A stretch of 43,241 nucleotides of DNA, taken from the UHGV virus genome UHGV-0383738; one strand, given 5' to 3'. The DNA comes from a virus. The notes beneath the pieces are model-generated. The model did no database searches. It saw only the letters and a list, made by a program, of their open reading frames with translations, and was not told where the DNA came from. The first letter of the stretch is position 1; each line of letters begins with the position of its first letter. Position numbers and translations under genes: made by a program. Positions 24,657-33,592 of the stretch are shown here, one piece after another.

Positions 24657-25046
24657 TTATCGCCTTTCCCAGTAGTATATTGGTATTTCTTGACCGCTGT
24701 CCCATGTGTCCCAGTAAAATCCGTCCACAACCGTTACCACATGACCATCAATCCCAAGAACAAACACTCCGTTTTGGTGGTCTGCCGAAAATTCTTCCAC
24801 GGTATAATCTTCTGGATATTCGTCTGGTATAATGTTTCTCCGAAACCCGTTGCGCCTGAGATATGTCCCCCACACGCTGTTAGCTGACGGCATATCTGAT
24901 TTCTCGCACGCCACCACCATAACGCCAGCAAAGGCGGTTTCCCAATCCTGTCCGGTTGCTTTGCAAATTGCACGTATGGCACAGTCGCCTACACGCTGAT
25001 TACGGACTGGGTTAGGGTTATATGGTTTCCATCTATTCAAATTCAT
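24657..25046 (-). CDS. Papain/transglutaminase-like Cys-His protein (129 aa).
   Basis: GDCAIRAICKATG (G-x-C-x-x-x-A catalytic-Cys context) and a downstream GHVVTVVDGFYWDTWD (His, Asp). ATGA-coupled to the minor head gene. Confidence 0.4.
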   Translation of the reverse strand: MNLNRWKPYNPNPVRNQRVGDCAIRAICKATGQDWETAFAGVMVVACEKSDMPSANSVWGTYLRRNGFRRNIIPDEYPEDYTVEEFSADHQNGVFVLGIDGHVVTVVDGFYWDTWDSGQEIPIYYWERR

Positions 25047-26275
25047 TCCCCTTTCGCATTTTGATACCGCCTTGCAGCCCCTCTGGCCTTTGCAGCCTGT
25101 TCACGGCTCCAGCGGGCAATCTGTAATCTCTCTGACTGAGTTCTAAGGTTATTCTCCTTACAAAACTCGCTGTATACCCCATTCTGTCGCTGAAGCAGAT
25201 AGGACTTTTGGTCAAGCGCCTGCTGTAGCTCAAACTTTGCCGCCTTGTCCTGGCATTTCTCTACGGCCTCTTGCAGGCCCATAACCTCGCGCTTGGTCTT
25301 GCGGATGCGGCGTTCAAGCGTTCGCTGGCGTTGCTCCTTTTCGTACTGATTTCGATTTTCCTCTGTGTCTATTGGGTCATACGGATTATTTTCTCCATCA
25401 CTTGGGCCAAAACTATGCCTGCAATTTACTCCACATAGCCCGGTAATATCTCCATACCCTGTAGAATAGTAGAAATCCGGAAATCTATGTCCATATTGTG
25501 GGAGGCTGTAGAATTTTCCTTGCCAAAGTTCATGATTCTCTGGTATTCCTCCAATATTTCTTGCGCCTACATGTGCAGACACAAGCACGACTTCCCATTT
25601 CATTTCTTCCATGCGCTTCAATGTTATCTGTGCTGTTGCCTGTGATATACCTGTCCGCACAGCCCGCGCCGTAGCTGTTTCTATCGTGTCATTTCTTATG
25701 TCTCCAGTATTTTTGCTTCTGTATTGAATAAGAGTAATACCCCCACTGGTCACATTTTCTACGGCCTCTTTAACTGCTTGTGTGTAAGATGTTGCTCCAC
25801 TCATAACTTTGTTATAGGCCATATCGCACTCATTAATAAATAATCTTTGAGCAGATTGCGCCGTTGTCCTAGTGTAGTTTTTCCATTCCCCCAGCGTTGC
25901 CCGATAATTCCGTTCCATCAGCCGGATAAGCGCCGGGGATTGCGTCAGCGGCATAGGGGACAGTCCGGCAGCTTGGTATATCTTATCGTCATATTTCAAA
26001 GCCTTGATTCCCGCCTCCTCCATAGCCGCTTTGATTTCTTTTTCCTGTCGCTTAGTGATTTTGGATAACTCTGCCGTTATGTCCTCCAGCAGATATCCTG
26101 CATCCTGCAATATCTGTATTCGCCATCGGTCAGAGGAGGTGAGCAGGTAATCATCGCCGCGGCCTATGCGTATCATCATGCGGTCTATTATCTGACGGAT
26201 AATGTATGTATGAAGCTGTGAGGCTATTTCTTCGCTTCCTTCTGCGATTCTTGCAAGGTAATCAGGGCTTAACAT
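25043..26275 (-). CDS. Minor head / head morphogenesis protein (Mu F / SPP1 gp7-like).
   Basis: Size, position after portal, and conserved motifs of phage minor capsid (Mu F-like) proteins. Confidence 0.75.
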   Translation of the reverse strand: MLSPDYLARIAEGSEEIASQLHTYIIRQIIDRMMIRIGRGDDYLLTSSDRWRIQILQDAGYLLEDITAELSKITKRQEKEIKAAMEEAGIKALKYDDKIYQAAGLSPMPLTQSPALIRLMERNYRATLGEWKNYTRTTAQSAQRLFINECDMAYNKVMSGATSYTQAVKEAVENVTSGGITLIQYRSKNTGDIRNDTIETATARAVRTGISQATAQITLKRMEEMKWEVVLVSAHVGARNIGGIPENHELWQGKFYSLPQYGHRFPDFYYSTGYGDITGLCGVNCRHSFGPSDGENNPYDPIDTEENRNQYEKEQRQRTLERRIRKTKREVMGLQEAVEKCQDKAAKFELQQALDQKSYLLQRQNGVYSEFCKENNLRTQSERLQIARWSREQAAKARGAARRYQNAKGE

Positions 26276-26381
26276 TTACTCTTCCTTCTTTCCCTTATGT
26301 CTAATCGACCATTCAAATACTTTCGGGGCAAATGGACCAAGTGGTATATTGAATACTATCCAAATTAATAAGCTTCTCAAT

Positions 26382-27815
26382 TTATTCCTCCTCAAACATC
26401 CTAGGTCCATCCTTCGGCTGTGCTTCCTTTACCATAGCTTTTGCATCTTCTTCAGATAATCCTTCAAACTTCCGAAAATACATCCAGGCCGGCACCTTTC
26501 CCTGCACAACATACTGCCACCATCTTGCCCGGTCCTCTTCACGGTTGTATGTAATGTCCCCAAAATCATATGTTATTTCGTAGTTTCCGGCTGGTGCCAG
26601 TCCGTACAGGTCAGCATATACATTGAGCGCATATATTGCCCCGTCAAGACAACTTTCCAGTTTGTCGCGCACATCCTTGATTAGCTGTATGGTTCTCCTG
26701 TCGTCAGCCTCTACCTGTGTGGCTGTGACCATTCCTGTTTTTTCATCAAGCACAAAATACCCATTGGAATATCCACACTTAAATCCCACAAATGAGAGTA
26801 GGTTGTTTATTCCGGTAATTCTGATATCAGTATTCAACGATGGAACAATCTCCTGATAGAAAGACTCTGTTCCATTTCCAAATACATTTTTAACATAATG
26901 AGGAAGCTTTTCATTGCTCATGCCAGCATAACGGCTTTTAATGTTTGTACCGCTTCCAAACATCAGCTGGTCATCTGCCAATATGATTTTCTCACTGTCA
27001 AATATTTCACCCACGTTTCGGCTATATGCTATATCAAGGTCCTTTAATTCTTCTATGGCCTCGGCATACATCGGTAATCCCAAAGGTGATGAAATATCCA
27101 AATTATTAGCCTGTGGAGTGCGGAGTATTCCAAACATGGGACCATCTATTTTATCATTGTTTGCTTTAAGTATAGGTGGAGTCTCTGGAAGTAAGTCGGA
27201 CCACTTAGTCCTGTTTAATGCTATCGGTTCCCCCACGCTTTTTGCAGAGTGAGACACATAGGCTCTATTGGATATGTAATATGGGTAATAGGTGTTCTCC
27301 CCATCCTTAACCTCAACAAACCGATGATACTCAAATCTGGTATAATACTTATCATTTTCGCTGTAACTATCCTTGAACACAATCCCATAGATACCTTCAT
27401 TGTCGCAGTCTGTAATGATAAAATCCATGGGTGTGAATATGTCCAGTCCCTTACCATTTGGCTTAAGGATGATTGTGCCGTAGGCCATACCATACTCTAC
27501 CCAGTGGCGAATCTGGAAATATATCTTATCAATCTGCTCCTGGAGCCATTCCGCCCGCGCGCTCCCATCAATCTGTATTCCGATTGCCAAAGTAGCAAGC
27601 CGGGCCGTCTCCGAGCATATAGCCTTTGCAAAGTTGATTGTCTTAACGTTATCGTCAGCGTTCACCCAATAGGGCGTACCCCGGTAGATATTGGCGCACT
27701 CTGCAATCTTGCTTTCCATCTCCGGGGATACCACTGATTCAACATTAAAATCTTCTTCTGCCTGTCGCTTGAATATCATTCCTATCACCTTTTTAGCCCA
27801 TTTTATTAGTCCCAT
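26382..27815 (-). CDS. Portal protein (SPP1 gp6-like).
   Basis: 477 aa. Position between the terminase and the minor head protein. Conserved portal core regions. Confidence 0.85.
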   Translation of the reverse strand: MGLIKWAKKVIGMIFKRQAEEDFNVESVVSPEMESKIAECANIYRGTPYWVNADDNVKTINFAKAICSETARLATLAIGIQIDGSARAEWLQEQIDKIYFQIRHWVEYGMAYGTIILKPNGKGLDIFTPMDFIITDCDNEGIYGIVFKDSYSENDKYYTRFEYHRFVEVKDGENTYYPYYISNRAYVSHSAKSVGEPIALNRTKWSDLLPETPPILKANNDKIDGPMFGILRTPQANNLDISSPLGLPMYAEAIEELKDLDIAYSRNVGEIFDSEKIILADDQLMFGSGTNIKSRYAGMSNEKLPHYVKNVFGNGTESFYQEIVPSLNTDIRITGINNLLSFVGFKCGYSNGYFVLDEKTGMVTATQVEADDRRTIQLIKDVRDKLESCLDGAIYALNVYADLYGLAPAGNYEITYDFGDITYNREEDRARWWQYVVQGKVPAWMYFRKFEGLSEEDAKAMVKEAQPKDGPRMFEEE

Positions 27816-27819
27816 TTAC

Positions 27820-28041
27820 TCACCTGTATTTTGCACAATTTTCAATGTAGCTCAAGGGCAACAATACCGATTGTTCCCTTAATATCTGTCTCTGCAATCC
27901 TTTAGGTGTATAGACGCAGTTTGATGTTAGTTCATTTATTCCTTGCCGTATAACGCATTCCTCTGTGTATGAATGACCAGGGGAAATATCAACATGCTTT
28001 TCCAAAAATTGTCCTATTCGTTTTTTGCTATATTCTGTCAT
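27820..28041 (-). CDS. Hypothetical small protein between terminase and portal (73 aa).
   Basis: ATGA-coupled to the terminase stop. Confidence 0.45.
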   Translation of the reverse strand: MTEYSKKRIGQFLEKHVDISPGHSYTEECVIRQGINELTSNCVYTPKGLQRQILREQSVLLPLSYIENCAKYR

Positions 28042-28868
28042 GCACTGTTCCCCCTTCTCATTGATAATGGGCTTGTGGCATAGCGGAGTGCATCAATCCA
28101 GTGGTCATTTCCGTCTGGGTAATCCGAAATCACCTCACCGTTGCTGTCTACCTCATGCTCATATTCTATGATTTCCTTGTATGCTCGCGGTGTACGCGCC
28201 GGGTCTATAACGATTGTACGGCATTGCAACCATTCAAATGTATATTTTCTGCTTCCAGGTCCAGCAGATGCATCCCTGGCCGGAAGTCCCGCATCTCGAA
28301 AATCTATAACAAATTCATCATCATCCAATCCGCAGTATATCATATAGTCATCGTATCCAGCTTTTTTGATTTGTTTTGCCATTTCTTTTACTCGGATTTT
28401 GCATCCTCCCAATTCGTCTAATAAGATAATTTTTTCTTTGTTTGGCACATAAGCTGCACGAATAAATGCTTTAGGGTCAGGCCACCATCCCCAGTCCTGC
28501 CCTTGATATATGCTTTCGTATTTCTGTATTTCTTCATCCGTGATTGGTCTAATCTCCAGCATATCAAATATATTTGTACCAAGTCCAACCGGCAAGCCTA
28601 AATACTCGTGGTTGTATGCCCGCTCATTAGTGGCTTTAAGATGTTCAGCGCGCTCAATAAACATTTCCCCCAGCCATTCTGCCGGAACAGAACGGTAATC
28701 GCTTTTATGCCTGTATGCGCTGTCATCCGGCGTATTTACATACTGATTCGCCCAGTTGCTTTGACTGATAGGCGGATTAAAGGATTTAAATACAACAAAC
28801 TTGCTGCCACCACGCAATACTGACTGTTCAACAGTTCGTATTTCATCCGGTCCTGCAAATTCGTCCAG
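28038..28868 (-). CDS. terL: Terminase large subunit, C-terminal part (exon 2: remainder of the ATPase plus the RNaseH-like nuclease domain). The ORF-track TTG at 28817 is internal.
   Basis: The frame is open upstream to 28883. The translation reads ...L DEFAGPDEIRTVEQSVLRGGSKFVVFKSFNP... and later GNDHWIDALRYA (terminase nuclease motif). The DEF completes the Walker B LWL|DEF that is split from exon 1. Confidence 0.75.
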   Translation of the reverse strand: MDEFAGPDEIRTVEQSVLRGGSKFVVFKSFNPPISQSNWANQYVNTPDDSAYRHKSDYRSVPAEWLGEMFIERAEHLKATNERAYNHEYLGLPVGLGTNIFDMLEIRPITDEEIQKYESIYQGQDWGWWPDPKAFIRAAYVPNKEKIILLDELGGCKIRVKEMAKQIKKAGYDDYMIYCGLDDDEFVIDFRDAGLPARDASAGPGSRKYTFEWLQCRTIVIDPARTPRAYKEIIEYEHEVDSNGEVISDYPDGNDHWIDALRYATSPLSMRRGNSA

Positions 28869-29724
28869 TTCTTCACAATTTTGTTACGCATATACCGTTT
28901 CCGTATACACTCACCATATTACTATGGTGTTCAGACTATATCATGTAAATGGAATCTGTTACCAATTCCACTCACCCCACTTTTTCAACCTCACTCGAGG
29001 CTTACTCTACTCGTTCTCAGTTATAGATTTCTCTATAACCTACCTTTCGATAGTCGTTGCACATTATTATTCGACATTCTTATAGCTTTTTCTTCTTACG
29101 CATTTATCAATTACAGAAGGACTTACATTATATTTTTTTGCTAGAGCGTTCATTCCAAACTCTTTATCATGTCCCTTATAAATTCTGCGAATTTCTCTCA
29201 CTTCATCTTCGCTCAAAACATGATTCCCTTGTAAATATCCTCGAACTGGCTTTTTTAAGCCATTTGCATAAGCATGCTGCATTTGCTCCTCGCGGGTAGC
29301 CCATTCTAAATTGTCTGCGTTGTTATTGGATTTATCTCCATCAATGTGATTAACTGTAGGTTTATTTTCTGGGTTATTAACAAAAGCCTCAGCCACAAGC
29401 CTATTTGCTCGCTTTGTGTACTGTTTGCCATTCATGCACAAGTTGTACCATACATAACCATCATGCGATACTCTTTGCTTTAAAATGACTTCTCGGCCAT
29501 GCTTATGGCTTTTTACCCTTCCTGTATTGCTAATCTCATAGTCCTCAAACCCTTTAATAATTCTCCAAATTTCTTTCATGGTATTTTCTCCTTAAATTCG
29601 TTTATTATATTGTACCATAAAAGATGAATTTATTAAATATTATGTCGAATAATCTTTGCTCAGGATTGTCCTATTTTGTAGGAGTTTCCCTGAATTTAAT
29701 GGGTTTAACGTGGTCAGAAGTGTT
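28869..29724 (-). mobile_element. Probable group I intron (about 0.85 kb) carrying an HNH homing-endonuclease ORF, inserted in terL between the LWL and DEF codons.
   Basis: terL is interrupted exactly inside the Walker B motif. The intervening region encodes an HNH_3/NUMOD protein with its own RBS. The predicted 3' end is G immediately before the exon-2 DEF codons. The boundaries are approximate. Confidence 0.55.
29067..29579 (-). CDS. HNH homing endonuclease (NUMOD4-like N-terminus + HNH_3).
   Basis: YEISNTGRVKS ... NHIDGDKSNNNADNLEWATREEQ. RBS AAGGAG. Confidence 0.85.
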   Translation of the reverse strand: MKEIWRIIKGFEDYEISNTGRVKSHKHGREVILKQRVSHDGYVWYNLCMNGKQYTKRANRLVAEAFVNNPENKPTVNHIDGDKSNNNADNLEWATREEQMQHAYANGLKKPVRGYLQGNHVLSEDEVREIRRIYKGHDKEFGMNALAKKYNVSPSVIDKCVRRKSYKNVE

Positions 29725-30129
29725 TAACCACAAATATTTGAAGTATCCCTTACTAGCTTTAATTGACTTTGTTTTCTTTGCCTTGTCAAGTCCACGGAAT
29801 ATTATCTTTTGTCCTGTCGGCTTATAAACAAATCGGTATGGGCTTGTACGGGATTCCCATAATTCCGTTACTCCCAGTGCATCTATGGCCCATTGTATCT
29901 GCTCAAATACTGATTCCCCAATTGTAACAGCGTACTTTCGGAATATAACAGCATTGGACTCTGGGTCATCCATTATTCCCAGTACGATTTCCCCGGATAT
30001 AAAAGAGGACTTCGCGGAACCTCGCCCACCATACAGGTCATAATATGTATGGTTTCCTTCCAGGATATCCCAGTGAACACCATAGAATGAAGGGGCGATT
30101 ACATCAGTCAGATTTATTATGTCACTCAT
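29671..30129 (-). CDS. terL: Terminase large subunit, N-terminal ATPase part (exon 1). The true coding sequence probably ends near 29725; the last ~17 codons are intron read-through.
   Basis: Walker A YGGRGSAKS. It ends ...KGYFKYLWL then NTSDHVKPIKFRETPTK*. Confidence 0.8.
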   Translation of the reverse strand: MSDIINLTDVIAPSFYGVHWDILEGNHTYYDLYGGRGSAKSSFISGEIVLGIMDDPESNAVIFRKYAVTIGESVFEQIQWAIDALGVTELWESRTSPYRFVYKPTGQKIIFRGLDKAKKTKSIKASKGYFKYLWLNTSDHVKPIKFRETPTK

Positions 30130-30551
30130 GCATCATCATTCCCTTTCTCCGGTTTTGGTATATCATTCAGTATAGTGACTCCTTGTGCATTTTCTCCCTT
30201 TTTTGTATTATCCATAAACTTATCAACTACTATCCCCATCGCTGTTGCAATTTGGGAGATAGTAGCATTTTCTAACTTATGCGGGTCCGCCAGCTTTTCA
30301 AGATATTTATCAATAATACCCTGTGCTTGTTCTTTCCTGGAATCCATATATGCCAACATATCAGCTGTGTTCTGTTCTTTTTTTTGTGCGCACTTCTGCG
30401 CAATATCTGCACTTTTTGCGCATATGTTTTTTACTGTGTTATCTGAAACACCGAATTTTTTTGCTGTGGCACGATAGCTTCCAGATTCCACATAATCAGC
30501 TATTATTTTCTTTTTCTGTTTATCTGTTAATCTGGAAGCCACAATCACCAC
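30126..30551 (-). CDS. terS: Terminase small subunit.
   Basis: N-terminal HTH typical of TerS (LTDKQKKKIIADYVESGSYRATAKKFGVSDNTV). It overlaps the terL start (ATGA). Confidence 0.8.
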   Translation of the reverse strand: MVIVASRLTDKQKKKIIADYVESGSYRATAKKFGVSDNTVKNICAKSADIAQKCAQKKEQNTADMLAYMDSRKEQAQGIIDKYLEKLADPHKLENATISQIATAMGIVVDKFMDNTKKGENAQGVTILNDIPKPEKGNDDA

Positions 30552-30679
30552 CCCTTATTCTCTGTGCTTCACAAGGTATAATAGTCCTATACTAATTTTA
30601 CCATGTTCGCGTTGGTCAAACCGTCCCCACATTTAAGCGTATCCATTGTTTCTACTTAACTCCCCCCTTTGCCTTATCG

Positions 30680-30862
30680 TTATTGTGAATACTTGACTGT
30701 ACCAAATATCTGTGCTTTATGCGCTTCTGCCCTAAGACAACTTTTTGTTTCGTGACAGTACAGCCTGCATTCATCTTCATAACAATCAGCAAATGTATCA
30801 AAGTTTTTTTCTGTTTCAACCGTTTTGATTAAACTTGTTTCTTTACGATATGGGCATTTCAT
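30680..30862 (-). CDS. Small Cys-rich protein (60 aa).
   Basis: CPYRK...CYEDECRLYCHETKSC. Confidence 0.4.
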   Translation of the reverse strand: MKCPYRKETSLIKTVETEKNFDTFADCYEDECRLYCHETKSCLRAEAHKAQIFGTVKYSQ

Positions 30863-31011
30863 TTTTTTATTTCTTCCATTTTCTCCGCAATGTTTTCAAG
30901 CATTACCATATCTTCATCGGTTAATTTCTTACTGGCTTCTATAGCCAATCGTAAGGCATATAAAAACTCTGTTACCCGTATAGTGCTATTAGTATTAATC
31001 ATCCTTTCCAT
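30859..31011 (-). CDS. Possible small ORF (47-50 aa: MERMINTNSTIRVTEFLYALRLAIEASKKLTDEDMVMLENIAEKMEEIKK) coupled by ATGA to the Cys-rich gene. The internal ATG at 31002 has better RBS spacing.
   Basis: Not in the ORF track. GGAG lies upstream. Helical and charged. Confidence 0.25.
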   Translation of the reverse strand: MERMINTNSTIRVTEFLYALRLAIEASKKLTDEDMVMLENIAEKMEEIKK

Positions 31012-31025
31012 CTCCAAGACAATGC

Positions 31026-31427
31026 TTATTCATCCATCAATAGTTCTGGATTATCAAATATGTTTCCTATAATATCAATTCTGTTTTCCATTCCTTTCAG
31101 TGGGCCTTTATATTTTCCTCCAATTATATTGATTTCAAATCCCCCATTCTCAAATACCACTTTTGCTTTAAAACAATAATCACCTATATAATTACCTAAA
31201 TATTGAATAATATCATTTTCGTAAATCCTTATTCCTAATATGTTATCTATTCCACTATATTCACATATAGTTTCTGGAAAAACCTTATAATTATCAATTT
31301 CTTGTTGCGGTATATTTTGAATTATGTATGTTCCGTTATCGGTATGCAACAAATTTCCATAAATCCATTCTCCTGTTTCTACCTTTTTTCCTCTAAATAA
31401 AATATCTCTCATGCCTATCCTTTCCAC
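31026..31427 (-). CDS. yopX: YopX-family phage protein.
   Basis: ILFRGKKVETGEWIYGNLL... and the C-terminal IIGNIFDNPELL signature of the YopX family. Confidence 0.8.
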   Translation of the reverse strand: MERIGMRDILFRGKKVETGEWIYGNLLHTDNGTYIIQNIPQQEIDNYKVFPETICEYSGIDNILGIRIYENDIIQYLGNYIGDYCFKAKVVFENGGFEINIIGGKYKGPLKGMENRIDIIGNIFDNPELLMDE

Positions 31428-31717
31428 CTCCCAAACAATGTCATTAACCGCCTGTATTCATCCAGCGTTTTTCTTTGATACCCGTAAAAATCATCCCGTT
31501 TAATTGGTATATTCTTTCGCTTGCTCAGCTTGTCATATCCGATATTACTTACAAGGCTTTCGTATATCTCCACCTCCAGGCCAGGAGCGGAGGATATGGC
31601 GCACTGGAACAATGTTAGCTTATCTTCTACGCTGGCGGTCTGGCAGTATTCTTTTATGCGTCTGGCTTCATCATCCGTAATTCCATAATCGCTATAGTTC
31701 TTGTCCCTGGTCCTCAT
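31415..31717 (-). CDS. Hypothetical protein (100 aa), possibly a late-gene regulator.
   Basis: ORF-track entry. It overlaps the YopX start. Confidence 0.45.
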   Translation of the reverse strand: MRTRDKNYSDYGITDDEARRIKEYCQTASVEDKLTLFQCAISSAPGLEVEIYESLVSNIGYDKLSKRKNIPIKRDDFYGYQRKTLDEYRRLMTLFGRWKG

Positions 31718-31728
31718 AGCCCTCCTTC

Positions 31729-32775
31729 CTACACATTAACTCTTTCTCTTACTGAGCGAAGAGTACGCGGGTTAGACTGTGCATAATAACGTGCCGTAAC
31801 TCCTGGGTCTGCATGGCCCATAATTTCCTGTATGGTCCCAATATCAACTCCTCTGTTTTTCAGATTCATTCCCAGCGTCTTGCGTGACTTATGCGGATAT
31901 ACCCGACATGTTAGACCGGCTCTTTTCCTTATGGTTTTCAATATCGCCCGAAATCCACAAGTAGTCATCTTTCCATACGGTTTTCTGGAGCGTGGGAACA
32001 TATATGGACAATCATCTTTCCTGCTGTCCAAATACAGGCCGTAGTAATGACGCGCATCATCATCCAGATAGATAGTCCGATATCTTCCGCCTTTCTCTCC
32101 CTGTATCCAAATATCGCCGGTTCTCATGTCTATCTGGTCCAGAGTTATTTCTGCAATCTCCCCTATCCTGGCTCCAGTACTTCGAAGTACCTCCAGCAAG
32201 GCCCTCTCGCGGATATTTTTGCACGCATCCCTTAATCTTGCAGATTCTTCTGGACTGTAGTAATCAATCGGTTTAATTGGTACTTTCTTAGCTGGGATAG
32301 ATTCTGCGGGATTGTCTGTGATTAATTTTTCAAGGCGCATCCATGTAAAGAATGCTGACAAAAAACGGCGCTCGTTATTATAAGTGCTAGGCTGGTTTTT
32401 CTTTCCTCCACTGGACACATTTCTGATTTCATATCGCGATAAATACCAATCAATATCAGTGGTGTCCATCTGGTCCAGTGATTTTGTGCTTATCTCTGTC
32501 AGCAATCTTCGTATGGAATTAAGATAGTTTTCTTTGGTTCCTCTTGCTAAATCACGCTTTTTAATCAGGAATAACTGTATTATGTACTGATTCCGTTGAC
32601 TTATATCATCTTTTCTTTCTACTGGAAGTGTAGTTATTTCTTCCATGTTCACCCTAACCAATTCCTGCTGCATTACATTTTGCAGAATGGTAAGAGTCTG
32701 CTGCTCCATGATATATAAGGACATTGCTACCAGTACATTGTTGATGATTTCGGCTTTTATTGTCTGTGTACTCAT
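31729..32775 (-). CDS. Second tyrosine recombinase (XerC/D-like phage integrase family, 348 aa from ATG 32775).
   Basis: ARHYYG...HKSRKTLGMNL...MGHADPGVTARYYA (R..H..R..Y). GAGGAGGA RBS lies 8 nt before the ATG at 32775. The ORF-track GTG at 32877 is unlikely to be the start. Confidence 0.85.
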   Translation of the reverse strand: MSTQTIKAEIINNVLVAMSLYIMEQQTLTILQNVMQQELVRVNMEEITTLPVERKDDISQRNQYIIQLFLIKKRDLARGTKENYLNSIRRLLTEISTKSLDQMDTTDIDWYLSRYEIRNVSSGGKKNQPSTYNNERRFLSAFFTWMRLEKLITDNPAESIPAKKVPIKPIDYYSPEESARLRDACKNIRERALLEVLRSTGARIGEIAEITLDQIDMRTGDIWIQGEKGGRYRTIYLDDDARHYYGLYLDSRKDDCPYMFPRSRKPYGKMTTCGFRAILKTIRKRAGLTCRVYPHKSRKTLGMNLKNRGVDIGTIQEIMGHADPGVTARYYAQSNPRTLRSVRERVNV

Positions 32776-32806
32776 AATTATATCCTCCTCATTCGTATTG
32801 ATTTTC

Positions 32807-32838
32807 ACGTCCGAGTAAGGTATAATATACTCAGACGT
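32807..32838. promoter_or_regulatory. 11-bp inverted repeat (ACGTCCGAGTA ... TACTCAGACGT) enclosing GGTATAATAT, upstream of the second recombinase.
   Basis: Seen directly, 10/11 symmetric. It contains a -10-like TATAAT. Confidence 0.4.
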
Positions 32839-32840
32839 AT

Positions 32841-33260
32841 TTACGGGAGCGGTGGAATCATCTTGGCGGGTGTCCACCGCTCAGTTTTTATTCTGTGCAT
32901 ATAATGTGTTCCTTTACTTTTTATTATTATGTTTGAAAATTTCAGTTTCTTTAAAACCTCAAAATCCACCAGATATATACCTGTTTCCGGATACCGGATC
33001 ACAAACATTCCGCGCTTGTTTCCCGTCAGCCGAAACAACTTCATTGCATTGTACTGGTTCTCCTCCATCCTGCTGAGTGGAAATCTATTACCTTGGCAGT
33101 CTTTACAGTCAAAGAGATAAGCATTTCCGTCCCTGGCTGCAATCACATCACAGGGCTGTCCGTTCCTATTATCCTGGAACAGATGGACCCAGAACCAGTT
33201 GTCTGCCAGGATGCCGGCAAACTCTTTTTCAAACCTTGTTCCTGCCGCCTTATTACTCAT
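32841..33260 (-). CDS. Hjc-type Holliday junction resolvase-like PD-(D/E)xK nuclease.
   Basis: GTRFEKEFAGIL ... CDVIAARDGNAYLFDCKD fits the E...D...(E/D)xK arrangement of Hjc-like resolvases. Confidence 0.5.
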   Translation of the reverse strand: MSNKAAGTRFEKEFAGILADNWFWVHLFQDNRNGQPCDVIAARDGNAYLFDCKDCQGNRFPLSRMEENQYNAMKLFRLTGNKRGMFVIRYPETGIYLVDFEVLKKLKFSNIIIKSKGTHYMHRIKTERWTPAKMIPPLP

Positions 33261-33475
33261 ATCTTGTCCAGCTCCCTTTCAATATCCAGTGTCAACCTGC
33301 GGATTACTCTCATATTGTCGCGGATTCTCTCCTTCGATGGATGCCGCATACTGTACAGCTTTTTACAATCTCCTGTTTCATCTGCCTCTTTTTCAGCTGC
33401 ACGATACGCTTTTAAATTCATCAATTCTTTCTGCGCATCAAACAGAAGGCCGGAAATAACATCAAAATTCATCAT
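33257..33475 (-). CDS. Hypothetical small protein (72 aa).
   Basis: RBS AGGAGGATTG. ATGA-coupled to the Hjc-like gene. Confidence 0.5.
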   Translation of the reverse strand: MMNFDVISGLLFDAQKELMNLKAYRAAEKEADETGDCKKLYSMRHPSKERIRDNMRVIRRLTLDIERELDKI

Positions 33476-33592
33476 ATTTGTTCAATCCTCCTTTTTGCTT
33501 ACAGTCCAACCATTTTTCAAGGTCGTCCAACCGGGTTTTTGACCACTTTAGACCCGGAAACCCTTTATTTACAAACTTGAACCACCGTTCTT

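Noticed and set aside
25033-25233. 66-aa minus-strand ORF overlapping the minor head gene in another frame.
   Set aside because: It is entirely inside 25043..26275 in an alternate frame, with no independent signals.
24148-31717. Split two-subunit sigma factor formed by the 66-aa sigma-region-4-like protein and the 100-aa protein upstream of terS.
   Set aside because: The 100-aa protein shows no sigma region 2 motifs. This is speculation only.
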